A stretch of DNA of 64,000 nt, from contig DJIF01000150.1 in the NCBI GenBank assembly GCA_002433485.1, positions 30,259 to 94,258 on the forward strand, read 5' to 3'. The stretch comes from Deltaproteobacteria bacterium UBA6601 (GTDB lineage Bacteria > Myxococcota_A > UBA796 > UBA9615). This document shows positions 1-9,492 of this stretch, piece by piece. A program made the position numbers and the translations under genes. The notes beneath the pieces were generated by a model that saw only the letters and a program-made list of their open reading frames with translations, was not told the DNA's origin and did not search any database. Position 1 is the first letter of the stretch, and each line of letters starts with the position of its first letter.

Positions 1-2745
1 CGCGTGTTTCGTGCTCTTCACACCATCAAGGGGACCTGTAGCTTCCTGGAGTTCAGCCTGCTTGAGAGCCTCAGCCACTCGGCTGAGACCTTGTTGAGCA
101 GAATGCGCGATGGCTCCATTGTGGCTGATGCCACGGTGATCAGTACTCTGCTTGAGGTCAGTGACGTAATCCGCGGAATGCTCGAGCACATCGAGACCCA
201 GGGCAACGACCGCTGCGGTGATTACAGCAATCTTGAGGCTCGCCTGAACGCACTTGCTGCGGGTCAAACGCTCCCTACCGGTGGAGCGCAGGAAGGCGCT
301 GCTTCGGCCGCTGAGGAAGTTGGTGCCGAGTCCGTTGCCGGGGCTACCGAGTCCATTGTAAGAGCAGGAGATACCGGCCCGGGTGGTGAGCTGGAGCCCG
401 CTCCGGTTGCTCAGCCTGCTGCTGCAGAGTCGACCGATGAGGTGGCTTCGGCCGTTGATGACGACGACGATGATGGCTTCGGTGAGATCATCAAGGAGTT
501 CCTGGCCGAGAGCTTTGAAGGACTGGAGCAGGTTGATCAGGACCTTGTAGTCCTGGAGTCAGCTCCCGCTAATCGAGAGGTCCTGGATCGGATCTTTCGG
601 ACCATCCACACCATTAAAGGTACCTGCAGCTTTCTGGAGTTTCCCAAGCTTGAGTGGCTGAGTCATGCCGGGGAGAATCTCCTCAGCCGGTTGCGGGATG
701 GCACTCTGTTTGCCAGCAAAGAGAACATCCAGGCCTTGCTTGAGTTGGCGGATGCCCAGCGTGAGATCCTAGCCTCAATTGAGTCGGTTGGTAGTGAGGG
801 GCTTGGCGAATATGGCACCCTTGCGGATCGGCTGAACGACCTGGCAGAAGCGGAGGGCTCCGCCCCTTCGTCGCAGGCCGGCAGCGGTAATGAGCCGGCT
901 CCTGCTGCGCTGGCTGCGGCTAAGGCCACCGCTGGGGCCACCCAGACCTCCACCACCTCAACCGCTGCAGCGCAAGCCCCCAAGCGCACCGCTGCTCCAC
1001 GTAGTGCCAGCCCCGAACCGCAGATCGCCGAGAGCACCGTGCGGGTTGATGTGAAGCTGCTTGATCAGCTCATGAACCTGGTGGGCGAACTGGTGCTGGC
1101 GCGAAACCGGGTCCTGGAGTTCGGCTCGGTCCACGATAATCGCAGCTACAACACCACAGTGCAGCAGCTCAGTCACATCACTTCAGAGCTGCAAGCCGGG
1201 GTGATGAAGACTCGAATGCAGCCGATCGGTGATGTGTGGAAGAAGTTCCCGCGGCTGGTTCGTGATTTGACGCGAGCCTTCGGTAAGGACGCCAAACTTG
1301 AAATGGTGGGTGCTGAGACAGAACTGGACCGCAGCCTCCTGCAAGCGGTTCGCGATCCTCTGACCCATGTCATTCGCAACGCAGTGGACCACGGAATTGA
1401 GATGCCAGCCGATCGAGTCGCGGCCGGGAAGCCCGAACAGGGCACGGTCATGCTCAAGGCCTACCACCAGGGCGGTCAGGTGATCATTGAAGTCGAGGAT
1501 GATGGTGCTGGCATGAACGTGGCTCGAGTCCGGCAGCGGGCGGTTGAGCGAGGTCTGGTGCCTGCTGATGTTGCCGAGCTCATGGGTGACCGGGAGGTTG
1601 CCAATCTGATCTTCCTGCCAGGCTTCTCCACTGCCGAGAAGGTCACTGCGGTCTCGGGCCGAGGCGTCGGGATGGATGTGGTGAAGACCAACATCGAGAA
1701 GGTCGGTGGTTCCATCGACTTTCAGAACCGCCCCGGTAATGGCACCACCATGCGTTTTCGCATTCCCTTGACCCTGGCCATTGTTCCGGCCCTGTTTGTC
1801 TGGGCCCAGGGGGAGCTTTATGCGATTCCTCAGACCACTTTGCTGGAGTTGGTGAGGACGCGCGGCGGTGGCGGTGGCGAGGGTATTGAATTTATCCACG
1901 GCACTCCTGTTTTTCGACTGCGCGGACGCCTGTTGCCGGTTGTCTTCCTTAACCGTGAGCTTGAGCTGGATATGCGCAGCGCCGAGGAAGTGGCCGGAGA
2001 GAGCCAGTTCAACATCGTGGTCCTGCGCACCGAGAAACAGGACATTGGCCTGGTCGTCGATGAGATTCAGAACACCGGTGAGATTGTGGTTAAGCCTCTC
2101 GGGGCAACCCTTGAGGCGCTCGGGGTATTTGCTGGCGCCACCATCACAGGTAGCGGCCAGGTGGCGTTGATTCTTGATGTAGCGCGTCTCGCCGAGCGCG
2201 CCGGGGTGGTCTCCGACGGTCCTGATTTGCGGGGCTCAGCTAACGTTCCGGGCCGGACTGCTGAAAGCGACACTCGTGAGGATATGTTGCTGCTACGGGG
2301 GACTGATGCAGGGCGGATGGCCCTGCCGTTGGCGCGCTTGGAGCGTCTTGAGGAGTTCAATCGCGCCGATGTGCAGCGCACAGGGCCCGGTGCGGTGGTG
2401 AAGTATCGTGGCGGGGTGCTGCCCCTGATCAGCATTTCGGATTTGCTTGAGGAACGCCGCGGCGCGGCCCGAGAGACCGAGGAGTCTGGATCTGAGCAGG
2501 TTGGGGTTCAGGCGGTGATCTGTACCTCAGGAGATCATGAGATAGGACTTGTGACCGAGCGGGTGCTCGACATTGTTCAGGTGCCTAGCTCGAGCATTGC
2601 AGGGGCGACCCGCGTCGGGGTTCATGGGACGGTGGTCATCAATGAGGCCATTGTCGAGATCCTCGACGTTGATCTGTTGCTGTCCAGGGCCCGTGATTTG
2701 GGTCTTGACCTGACCGAGTCTTCCTATCGGAGTCAGAGCCTGTGA
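1..2745 (+). CDS. cheA: Chemotaxis histidine kinase CheA (5'-truncated by window); two Hpt domains visible, dimerisation and HATPase domains, two C-terminal CheW domains
   Basis: Two HTIKGTCSFL Hpt motifs; LDQLMNLVGELVLARN; HVIRNAVDHGIE; DDGAGM; FLPGFST; SGRGVGMDVVK; IPLTLAI; two CheW-like blocks. Frame is open from base 1. Confidence 0.96.
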   Translation, partial: RVFRALHTIKGTCSFLEFSLLESLSHSAETLLSRMRDGSIVADATVISTLLEVSDVIRGMLEHIETQGNDRCGDYSNLEARLNALAAGQTLPTGGAQEGAASAAEEVGAESVAGATESIVRAGDTGPGGELEPAPVAQPAAAESTDEVASAVDDDDDDGFGEIIKEFLAESFEGLEQVDQDLVVLESAPANREVLDRIFRTIHTIKGTCSFLEFPKLEWLSHAGENLLSRLRDGTLFASKENIQALLELADAQREILASIESVGSEGLGEYGTLADRLNDLAEAEGSAPSSQAGSGNEPAPAALAAAKATAGATQTSTTSTAAAQAPKRTAAPRSASPEPQIAESTVRVDVKLLDQLMNLVGELVLARNRVLEFGSVHDNRSYNTTVQQLSHITSELQAGVMKTRMQPIGDVWKKFPRLVRDLTRAFGKDAKLEMVGAETELDRSLLQAVRDPLTHVIRNAVDHGIEMPADRVAAGKPEQGTVMLKAYHQGGQVIIEVEDDGAGMNVARVRQRAVERGLVPADVAELMGDREVANLIFLPGFSTAEKVTAVSGRGVGMDVVKTNIEKVGGSIDFQNRPGNGTTMRFRIPLTLAIVPALFVWAQGELYAIPQTTLLELVRTRGGGGGEGIEFIHGTPVFRLRGRLLPVVFLNRELELDMRSAEEVAGESQFNIVVLRTEKQDIGLVVDEIQNTGEIVVKPLGATLEALGVFAGATITGSGQVALILDVARLAERAGVVSDGPDLRGSANVPGRTAESDTREDMLLLRGTDAGRMALPLARLERLEEFNRADVQRTGPGAVVKYRGGVLPLISISDLLEERRGAARETEESGSEQVGVQAVICTSGDHEIGLVTERVLDIVQVPSSSIAGATRVGVHGTVVINEAIVEILDVDLLLSRARDLGLDLTESSYRSQSL

Positions 2746-3167
2746 GGCCTTCCACATATTGCACCTTTACCCTTGCAGAGCATCTCTTTGGAGTGGATGT
2801 GAACTGTGTGCAGGAGGTGCTGCGCCGCGCAGAGGTTACGCGGGTACCTCTAGCTCCCCCGATTGTCGCTGGCGTCACCAGCCTGCGCGGACAGATCGTG
2901 ACGGTGGTCGAGGGCCGCAGGTTGATGGCTCTGACCGACCGACTTGATTCGGAGCATCCAGCCCACCTGGTCCTCAAGACGCCTAAGGGGACCGTGAGCA
3001 TGATGGTCGATGGAGTGGGTGAGGTGCTCAGCCCGCCGGAGGCTTCCCTTGAGTCACTGCCAGAGCATGTGCTTCCGGAGATTCGCGATCTGCTGGACGC
3101 AGTCAGTAAGTTAGATGAATCGCTCTTATTGCTTATCGACACGGAGCGCATGTTTGCGCGCTTCTAA
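2742..3167 (+). CDS. cheW: Chemotaxis coupling protein CheW
   Basis: VQEVLR..VTRVPLAPPIVAGVTSLRGQIVTV; GTGA overlap with the cheA stop. Confidence 0.93.
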   Translation: MRPSTYCTFTLAEHLFGVDVNCVQEVLRRAEVTRVPLAPPIVAGVTSLRGQIVTVVEGRRLMALTDRLDSEHPAHLVLKTPKGTVSMMVDGVGEVLSPPEASLESLPEHVLPEIRDLLDAVSKLDESLLLLIDTERMFARF

Positions 3168-3295
3168 GCCCTTTACTCGGGCCCTTCCTTGGCTCTCGGC
3201 CTCGGATCATGTAGGCATGTGTTCTGTTTCCCTGCGCGAGGTAAGCTAGACTTCTCTAACGCACTTCTAGTTCGATCAGAGGAAGATTCCAACAG

Positions 3296-3688
3296 ATGCC
3301 CAAAGCCCTCGTAATTGATGACTCCAAGGCGACCCGCTCAATTCTGGGCAGGATGCTCAGTGAGATGGGTTTTGAAGTTCATCAGGCTGGCGATGGTGCC
3401 CAGGCATTGACCAAGCTCAAGGAGGTCGGTGAGGTCAAGGTCGCACTGATTGACTGGGATATGCCGGTGATGAATGGCTTTGAGTTTCTCCAAGCGGTTC
3501 GTTCCCAGCCTGACTACAGTGACCTGCGCTTGATGATGGTGACAACCGAGTCGGCCATTCATCAGATCGCCAGAGCCCTTGAGGCTGGCGCCGACGAGTA
3601 CCTGATGAAGCCCTTCACTCCCGCGTTGCTGCGAGAAAAACTCTCGCTCCTGGGGCTGGTGTCTCCAGGGGAGTCGAGCGAAAGCTAG
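3296..3688 (+). CDS. cheY: CheY-like single-domain response regulator
   Basis: LVIDDS, phospho-acceptor IDWDMPVMNG, VTTES, GADEYLMKPF; follows cheA-cheW. Confidence 0.88.
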   Translation: MPKALVIDDSKATRSILGRMLSEMGFEVHQAGDGAQALTKLKEVGEVKVALIDWDMPVMNGFEFLQAVRSQPDYSDLRLMMVTTESAIHQIARALEAGADEYLMKPFTPALLREKLSLLGLVSPGESSES

Positions 3689-3726
3689 CGCTGCTGCGGC
3701 TCTCTTCGCGAAGGCTTGCTGGCCTC

Positions 3727-5925
3727 GTGCGCTCCTTCTCTACCCGTAGCCTCCTCTTCATCGGCTCCGCTCTTGCGGTTGTGTTGGTGGCCATGGTGCT
3801 GCCGGTCCTGTTCGGAACTTCGTTTGCCCAGCCGCTGGACGAGACTGGGCTGGACTCTTTAGGGCTCTCAACGACGGCCGACGACGCTGCAGATGAAGCG
3901 GAGCCTGGTCAGCTCAATTCTGAATTGCTGGAGGGCTTGAGGCTGCTGCGGACAGGACAACTGCGGCCGGAGAATCGGACTCGCTGGGTAGAACGCTTTT
4001 CTGATCCGTCTCTGGCGCTCAATGCCCGGCATCTGGCGCCCTTGTTTGAGATCGGTGCAGAGTCTCTGGCTCAGATTGATGGCGCTCGTATTGCTGTGGC
4101 GCGGCGCGATCCTCAGCTGATTCCCTTGATGTTTGAGGCCTTCCTCAACTCGAAGATGTCCCGTTCGACCTTTGATCCTGACATCTTCGAGCGTCTGCTG
4201 CGTGGCCTGCAGTCTTTCTCCAAGGCAGAACTCAGGGAGCTGTTGGTCGAAATGGACTTGAGCTTTGTGGCTTTGGCCTCTCGCCAGCGGCTTGATTTTG
4301 ATTGGCTCGAGCCGCTTGGGGTGGGAGAGGAGGACGAACTTTCGGTGCTACAGCCCTCGCAGCGCCGCGCCGCTGAGCAGACCGCGCGGGTTTGGCTGGA
4401 AGAACTGCTGGCCGGTGATCATGGTCTGACCCCTCTGCAGACCGACAGTGGCGATAAGGCCTTTCAGTTGTTCCGACGGTTGGAGGCCCAGCACCTGGCT
4501 GTGATGCTTAGGGATGGCAGCGAGGAGGATGCTCGGCTCGCCCTGGAAGTGGCTGTCCAGCGGCAGTTGCTCAGTCCTGAACTGAAGGAAGCACTGCGGG
4601 TGCGTCTAGAGAAACAGCCCTTTGCAGGGATGGCTGCTCAGGCAGCGCGCCTTCAGGAGCCCGGACTGAATCGGGTGCATCTCTATCCGGTAGTCGCTCT
4701 CGAGGAGCAGCTTGCCGATCGGGAATGGCTGTTGTCGATTGCCCGAGAGGGTGCTGTTGAACCCTTGGTGCTGGTCAGTGCGGCCGTCATCCTGGCATTC
4801 TTGCTGCCCTTGCTGGCCGCCCGGCTCGTCCGCAGATGGGAGCAGCTGTGGTTCCGGCTCGCAGCGCTGAGCCTTGCGCCGTTGCTGCTGCTGAGCATTG
4901 AACTGGTACTGGCTGCTTGCGCCTATCAGCCGGCTATGGAACTGGGGCCCACCTTCAATCCAAACCGTGCCCCGCCGCAACTGCTCACGGAGAGGGTGCT
5001 GGAGGGTGAACCCTATGTCGTCAATCTGCCTGGCAACAGTCGCCAGTTGGTACACCGTCGAGATAAGCCTGCTGGGAGCTTGCGGGTCGTTACCCTCGGT
5101 GAGTCTTCAGTACATGGTACGCACTACCTGAACGAGGAGTCCTTCTCTTCGGTCTTGGAGCGGCGGCTGGCCGGCTCCTTTGGCGCGGGCGAGGTAGAGG
5201 TGATCAACCTCGGTGTTGGCGGTGCTTTGAGCGATGAGATCGTCCACTATGCCCGGCAGAGCTATGTGCTCGACCCCGACTTACTTATCCTCTATTTCGG
5301 CAACAACGATCTGGCGGACATCTATCGACTCGCTGGCTTCCGAGCCTACAGCGCTGGAGGTGTTGCATTACGCTTCGTGCTGGCGCGCTTGCGGGTTGCT
5401 CGGCTGCTGTCCAGCCTCCTCCCGGACTGGGCTCTGGGGAGGGTCGATGCTGAGGGCGGCTGGCTGGATAGCGAAGGGCTGAGCTTTGAAGAGTCGAGCT
5501 TTCTGCGTCGTGTCGCTGAGTTGAACCTGCGCAGCAACATGGAGCGCCTGGTGCGTGACGCGCGGCGACAGGGGGTCGACAGTCTGCTGGTCCTGCAAGC
5601 GCAGAACGATGACATGTGTGGACCTACGAACGAGCAGGATGACAGCTTTCACTCGGGCTGCTTTCAGCAGGCCCTCAGGAGGGTCGCCTATCAGGTCGCA
5701 GCTCGCACCGGTGTGCCTGTGGTCGACATGCCTCAGGCGCTTCGCTCGCATCGAGGAATGAGTCCGGATCAAGGGCAGTGGGAAGGCGAGATCTTCCAGC
5801 CCCGCCGAGAGGGAGCTGGGCATGAGCTGTTCTATGACACCTGTCACCCTACTCGCCTGGGTCATCAGCTGATTGGCGAGTTCATTGCGCCGACGGCGGT
5901 GCGAGTCCTCCGCTTACGGCAATGA
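3727..5925 (+). CDS. Membrane protein with N-terminal helical domain, TM segments and C-terminal SGNH/GDSL hydrolase domain
   Basis: SGNH blocks TLGESS, INLGVGG, YFGNND and YDTCHP (DxxH); hydrophobic TM stretches mid-protein. Confidence 0.75.
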   Translation: MRSFSTRSLLFIGSALAVVLVAMVLPVLFGTSFAQPLDETGLDSLGLSTTADDAADEAEPGQLNSELLEGLRLLRTGQLRPENRTRWVERFSDPSLALNARHLAPLFEIGAESLAQIDGARIAVARRDPQLIPLMFEAFLNSKMSRSTFDPDIFERLLRGLQSFSKAELRELLVEMDLSFVALASRQRLDFDWLEPLGVGEEDELSVLQPSQRRAAEQTARVWLEELLAGDHGLTPLQTDSGDKAFQLFRRLEAQHLAVMLRDGSEEDARLALEVAVQRQLLSPELKEALRVRLEKQPFAGMAAQAARLQEPGLNRVHLYPVVALEEQLADREWLLSIAREGAVEPLVLVSAAVILAFLLPLLAARLVRRWEQLWFRLAALSLAPLLLLSIELVLAACAYQPAMELGPTFNPNRAPPQLLTERVLEGEPYVVNLPGNSRQLVHRRDKPAGSLRVVTLGESSVHGTHYLNEESFSSVLERRLAGSFGAGEVEVINLGVGGALSDEIVHYARQSYVLDPDLLILYFGNNDLADIYRLAGFRAYSAGGVALRFVLARLRVARLLSSLLPDWALGRVDAEGGWLDSEGLSFEESSFLRRVAELNLRSNMERLVRDARRQGVDSLLVLQAQNDDMCGPTNEQDDSFHSGCFQQALRRVAYQVAARTGVPVVDMPQALRSHRGMSPDQGQWEGEIFQPRREGAGHELFYDTCHPTRLGHQLIGEFIAPTAVRVLRLRQ

Positions 5926-6066
5926 TCAGGTTGCTGTGTCTGGTGGGTCTCGCTGGCTCGGACCTTGCTGAAGGATCTAAGCTGGCGCTTTCGCCACAGT
6001 CGTTCAGTGTTATCTTTGTCCGCTCTGCTCAGCAACAGCGGTATCCCTAAGGTGATTGAGGCTTCC

Positions 6067-6384
6067 ATGTACACTCATGTCGTTATGTTCACCCTCCCCG
6101 ATCCTGAGGATATTCCCAGCACGGTCCGGGCCCTTAGTGGCATGGAGGGACGCATCCCGCAGATCCGTTATCTTGAGATCGGCGTTGACGACAGTCCCTC
6201 GCCGCGCTCGGCCCACATCCTTTTGGTTACCCGCTTTGACTCTAAGGAAGCTATGGCCGCCTATCAGGTACACCCCCATCATCGCCATGTGCTGGAGCAC
6301 CTGCGAGAGGTCGAGGTGAGCGCGGTCAAGGTCGACTACGCCGAGCCTGCACTCGCTGTAGTTCCGACTCTGGACGGAGTTTGA
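6067..6384 (+). CDS. Dabb family (stress-responsive A/B barrel) protein
   Basis: MYTHVVMF...IPQIRYLEIGVD...FDSKEAMAAYQVHPHH...VDY; ATG at 6067 preferred over the ORF-track start. Confidence 0.85.
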   Translation: MYTHVVMFTLPDPEDIPSTVRALSGMEGRIPQIRYLEIGVDDSPSPRSAHILLVTRFDSKEAMAAYQVHPHHRHVLEHLREVEVSAVKVDYAEPALAVVPTLDGV

Positions 6385-6398
6385 AGCCGACCTGAGGT

Positions 6399-7721
6399 TC
6401 AGTCTTCGAAGTGCTGATCGACCAGGCTGAGACCGCGGTCAATGATGTCGAAGCCTTCGGCTAGCTGCTCTTCAGTGATGGTCAGCGGCGGGTTGCACAT
6501 TACGTGCCCCCATCGAACAAAGGTAAATAGCCCTTCCTGGCGGAAGAATGCGCCCAGCTCTCGCATCGCCTCAGAACTACCGTTGTAGGGAGCAGCTGGC
6601 TCGCCGGCGCTGTTCTTCTGCAGGTCGATCATGCCGAACATCCCAATGCAGCGCGCCTCCTTGAAGCTCGAGTGACGTGATGCCAGTCTGTCCATGTGGC
6701 CGCGGATGACGCTCTCCATCGCCGCTGCTCGCTCTACCAGGCCTTCGTTCTCCAGTACATCGAGAACTGCCAGGGCAGTGGAGCAGGCCAGTGCGTGCGA
6801 GTTGTAGGTCAGGCCACCCCAGAAGACGTTCTCCTCAAAGTGTGTTGCCAGTGGGGCACTCAGGCCGACCGCACCCAGTGGCATGTAGCCGCTGGTCAGC
6901 CCTTTTGCCATGGTCACGATGTCGGGCACGATATTGCCGTGCTCAAAGGCGAACATCTTGCCGGTCCGCCCGAAGCCAGCCATGACCTCATCGCAGATGA
7001 GCAGGATGCCGTGGCGGTCCAGCAACTCCCGCAGCCCCTTAAGGTAACCCCGCGGTGGGGGCAGGATGCCGTTGGTGCCGGTCACCGATTCGATGATCAT
7101 GGCGGCGATGTTGGAGCCGCCCTCGTAGCCGATCACCTCCTCTAGGTAGCGTAGATTTTCTTCGCATTGCTCGGCCTCGGTCTTACCGAAGGAATAGTTG
7201 TAGGGCTGGGGGTCCATGACATGCACGATCCCTGGGGTTCCAGGTTCATTGGCCCAACGCCGGGGGTCACCGGTCAGCTGCATACACAGGTTCGTGGCTC
7301 CGTGGTAGCTCCGGTATCGAGCCAGAATCTTCTGTCGTCCGGTATAGAGCCGAGCCGCTCGAATGGCGTTCTCGTTGGCTTCCGCCCCGCCAAGGGTGAA
7401 GAAGAACTTGTTGATGTCGCCGGGGACCAGCTTCGCCAGTCGCTCGCCAAGCAGCGCGCGTGGACGGGTCGCTGTAGCCGGAAAAACATAGAGTAGCTGG
7501 TCGTTGATGGCGCGGTGCATCGCCTCTAAGACCTGTGGGTGACTGTGCCCGATGTTGACGCACATCAGCTGGCTGTTGAAATCAAGGAAGCGCTTCCCCT
7601 CAGGAGTCCAGAAGTAGACCCCTTCAGCCCGCTCGACCGGTAGCGGTGAGACCGCGTCTCCGCGGGCCCAGGTGTACATGGTGTGCGCTTTGCACAGCTC
7701 GATCATCTTGTCGGTATTCAT
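6399..7721 (-). CDS. Class III PLP-dependent aminotransferase (omega-amino acid/taurine-pyruvate-like)
   Basis: GAEANENA, YRSYHG, DEVMAGFGRTG, PDIVTMAKGLTSGY (PLP lysine). Confidence 0.92.
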   Translation of the reverse strand: MNTDKMIELCKAHTMYTWARGDAVSPLPVERAEGVYFWTPEGKRFLDFNSQLMCVNIGHSHPQVLEAMHRAINDQLLYVFPATATRPRALLGERLAKLVPGDINKFFFTLGGAEANENAIRAARLYTGRQKILARYRSYHGATNLCMQLTGDPRRWANEPGTPGIVHVMDPQPYNYSFGKTEAEQCEENLRYLEEVIGYEGGSNIAAMIIESVTGTNGILPPPRGYLKGLRELLDRHGILLICDEVMAGFGRTGKMFAFEHGNIVPDIVTMAKGLTSGYMPLGAVGLSAPLATHFEENVFWGGLTYNSHALACSTALAVLDVLENEGLVERAAAMESVIRGHMDRLASRHSSFKEARCIGMFGMIDLQKNSAGEPAAPYNGSSEAMRELGAFFRQEGLFTFVRWGHVMCNPPLTITEEQLAEGFDIIDRGLSLVDQHFED

Positions 7722-7746
7722 GGAATCCTGGCCGCCTTTCGCGCCG

Positions 7747-9471
7747 ATGATACACTTCCTTGCCGTGGATTCGCAGCGTAGCCAGGCATCTCCTTCAGTG
7801 ACCGAGCCCCCCCCCTCGGGGCGTCGCCGCCGTCGTCGTCGTCGTCGAAAGTCACGTTCCAGTACGCCGGCTGCGCAGAGTCTGGGACCGCAGGTCTTTG
7901 ACCCTTCGCTGCCTGCGGATCATCCGCTCAGCGCGCAGGAGGTGGTTGAGTTGAAGCGGCACCTGCGCTTTCTGCGCGAGCATCGCAAGCTGCTCAAGCT
8001 CAGGGTCAACGCTACGGAGGACCTGTTGCTGAATGGGGTTCGTGAGCCTGAGCATCGAGGTCGTTGCCTGCATCTGCTGAGTAAAGTGGACCATTCTGCG
8101 GTGGTAGCCGCTTGCGCGCGGCTGGGAGAAGGGGCAGCGCGCAGCCGTTTGCTGGCCGGCCTCGTGCGATTCTCCACCGATCCGGGGATTTTATTGCTGT
8201 TCCTTGAGTCCCTTAGCGATCCTGCCAGTCGAAGGGCGGCGGCAGGAGCATTTTCCAAGGTCGTTGGGCGGTTGGACTTCGCTGCCATGAGCGAGGCCCG
8301 AATGAGTCGCCTGTTGGAGCAGATAGCGGCGATCTTTATCGAAGATCATGAGCGGGCTCAGGTCTTGTTTGGTTTGCTGCACTCGCCCAGCTTTCGTAGC
8401 TCCTTTGCCGAAGCTCTGCCGCGCCTTTCAGCAGCCCTTTCACCTGGCTTTAGCGCGCTCAGTGCCGCTTGGGAGGTGGTCATCGCCGGGCAACCGACAG
8501 CGGGGAGGGACGGGTTGGTGCGTCAGGGTGTAGTGACCTTGTTGGCGGCCCCGGAGGCTCAGCTATTGGCCTATCCTGAAGAAATTCGTCTGCGACTGTT
8601 GAAGGTAAGTCTGGAACTGGTGGGGGAGCTTGATGATGCGGAGCGCGCCGCCGCTGCGCTGCTTGAGTCGCTACCTAAGGACAGTTCAGCCTACCGCGAC
8701 TACGCCCTGGCGAGGGTGCGGGTTCTGCTGCGGCAGCAGATAGATGTGCGTGCGCGTTGGCAGCTCAAGCAGCTGAAGACGGCTCAGCCGAATTGCCAGG
8801 ACGCACTGGAGCTGCTCTCTGCCCTTGATGGAAAACGCCTGGGCCGCATTGCCCTGGGTTGGCCGAGGCGGAGCAACAAGGCGTCAGGCCGGCCTTCAGG
8901 CCAAGCACGACGAGGTGGGCTGGAGCCTGGCTTCTGGCTTGACCATCAGTGCCGGGTCTGGCTGCGTCGAGGCGTGCCTGAGGAGAAATCTAGATTCGAG
9001 CAGGAGTGGCGGGCGCTTGCCGATGTGCTCCTGCCTGGGCTTGCTACGCCGCTCATTCAGGGCTGTGCAGAGGGAGGTGTCCCGTTCTTCCTGGTCGCTG
9101 CCTTATCCAATATGGAAGAGCAGGTTCTCGATGGCCAAGAACGGCCCCTGGCAGTCGACCTCAGTCTCGCCGCTCAGGGCCTGGCGGTCATCGCCGCCCT
9201 ACATCGAGGCGGCTTGACTCTGCCCGATGCGCGACGGCATCGATTTCTTTGTAGTTCAGAGCGTCATCCGCGGCTCCGGTTGGCCGACTTCAGCGGGCTT
9301 CAACCCGCTAATGCAGCGGACTGCGAGGTGCGCTTGCGACTCTTAGCTAAGCGTTGGTGTCGTGATCTGCTGGGTGCCCATAGTGAGCAACTATCCAGTG
9401 ATCTGCGAAGTCTGTTGCAGAACAACCATGTGGCAGCAGCGCAGTGGGCCAGGGCCCTGGCCGTCGAATAG
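7747..9471 (+). CDS. Hypothetical protein: Arg-rich N-terminus, helical/TPR-like region, degenerate Ser/Thr kinase-like C-terminal domain
   Basis: Long ORF. C-terminus RFEQEWRALADVLLPGL...GVPFFLV...ALHRGGLTLPD...LRLADFSG parallels Hanks kinase subdomains. Start uncertain (7747/7765/7798). Confidence 0.6.
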   Translation: MIHFLAVDSQRSQASPSVTEPPPSGRRRRRRRRRKSRSSTPAAQSLGPQVFDPSLPADHPLSAQEVVELKRHLRFLREHRKLLKLRVNATEDLLLNGVREPEHRGRCLHLLSKVDHSAVVAACARLGEGAARSRLLAGLVRFSTDPGILLLFLESLSDPASRRAAAGAFSKVVGRLDFAAMSEARMSRLLEQIAAIFIEDHERAQVLFGLLHSPSFRSSFAEALPRLSAALSPGFSALSAAWEVVIAGQPTAGRDGLVRQGVVTLLAAPEAQLLAYPEEIRLRLLKVSLELVGELDDAERAAAALLESLPKDSSAYRDYALARVRVLLRQQIDVRARWQLKQLKTAQPNCQDALELLSALDGKRLGRIALGWPRRSNKASGRPSGQARRGGLEPGFWLDHQCRVWLRRGVPEEKSRFEQEWRALADVLLPGLATPLIQGCAEGGVPFFLVAALSNMEEQVLDGQERPLAVDLSLAAQGLAVIAALHRGGLTLPDARRHRFLCSSERHPRLRLADFSGLQPANAADCEVRLRLLAKRWCRDLLGAHSEQLSSDLRSLLQNNHVAAAQWARALAVE

Positions 9472-9492
9472 CAAACTGCTGTCGAGCGAGTT

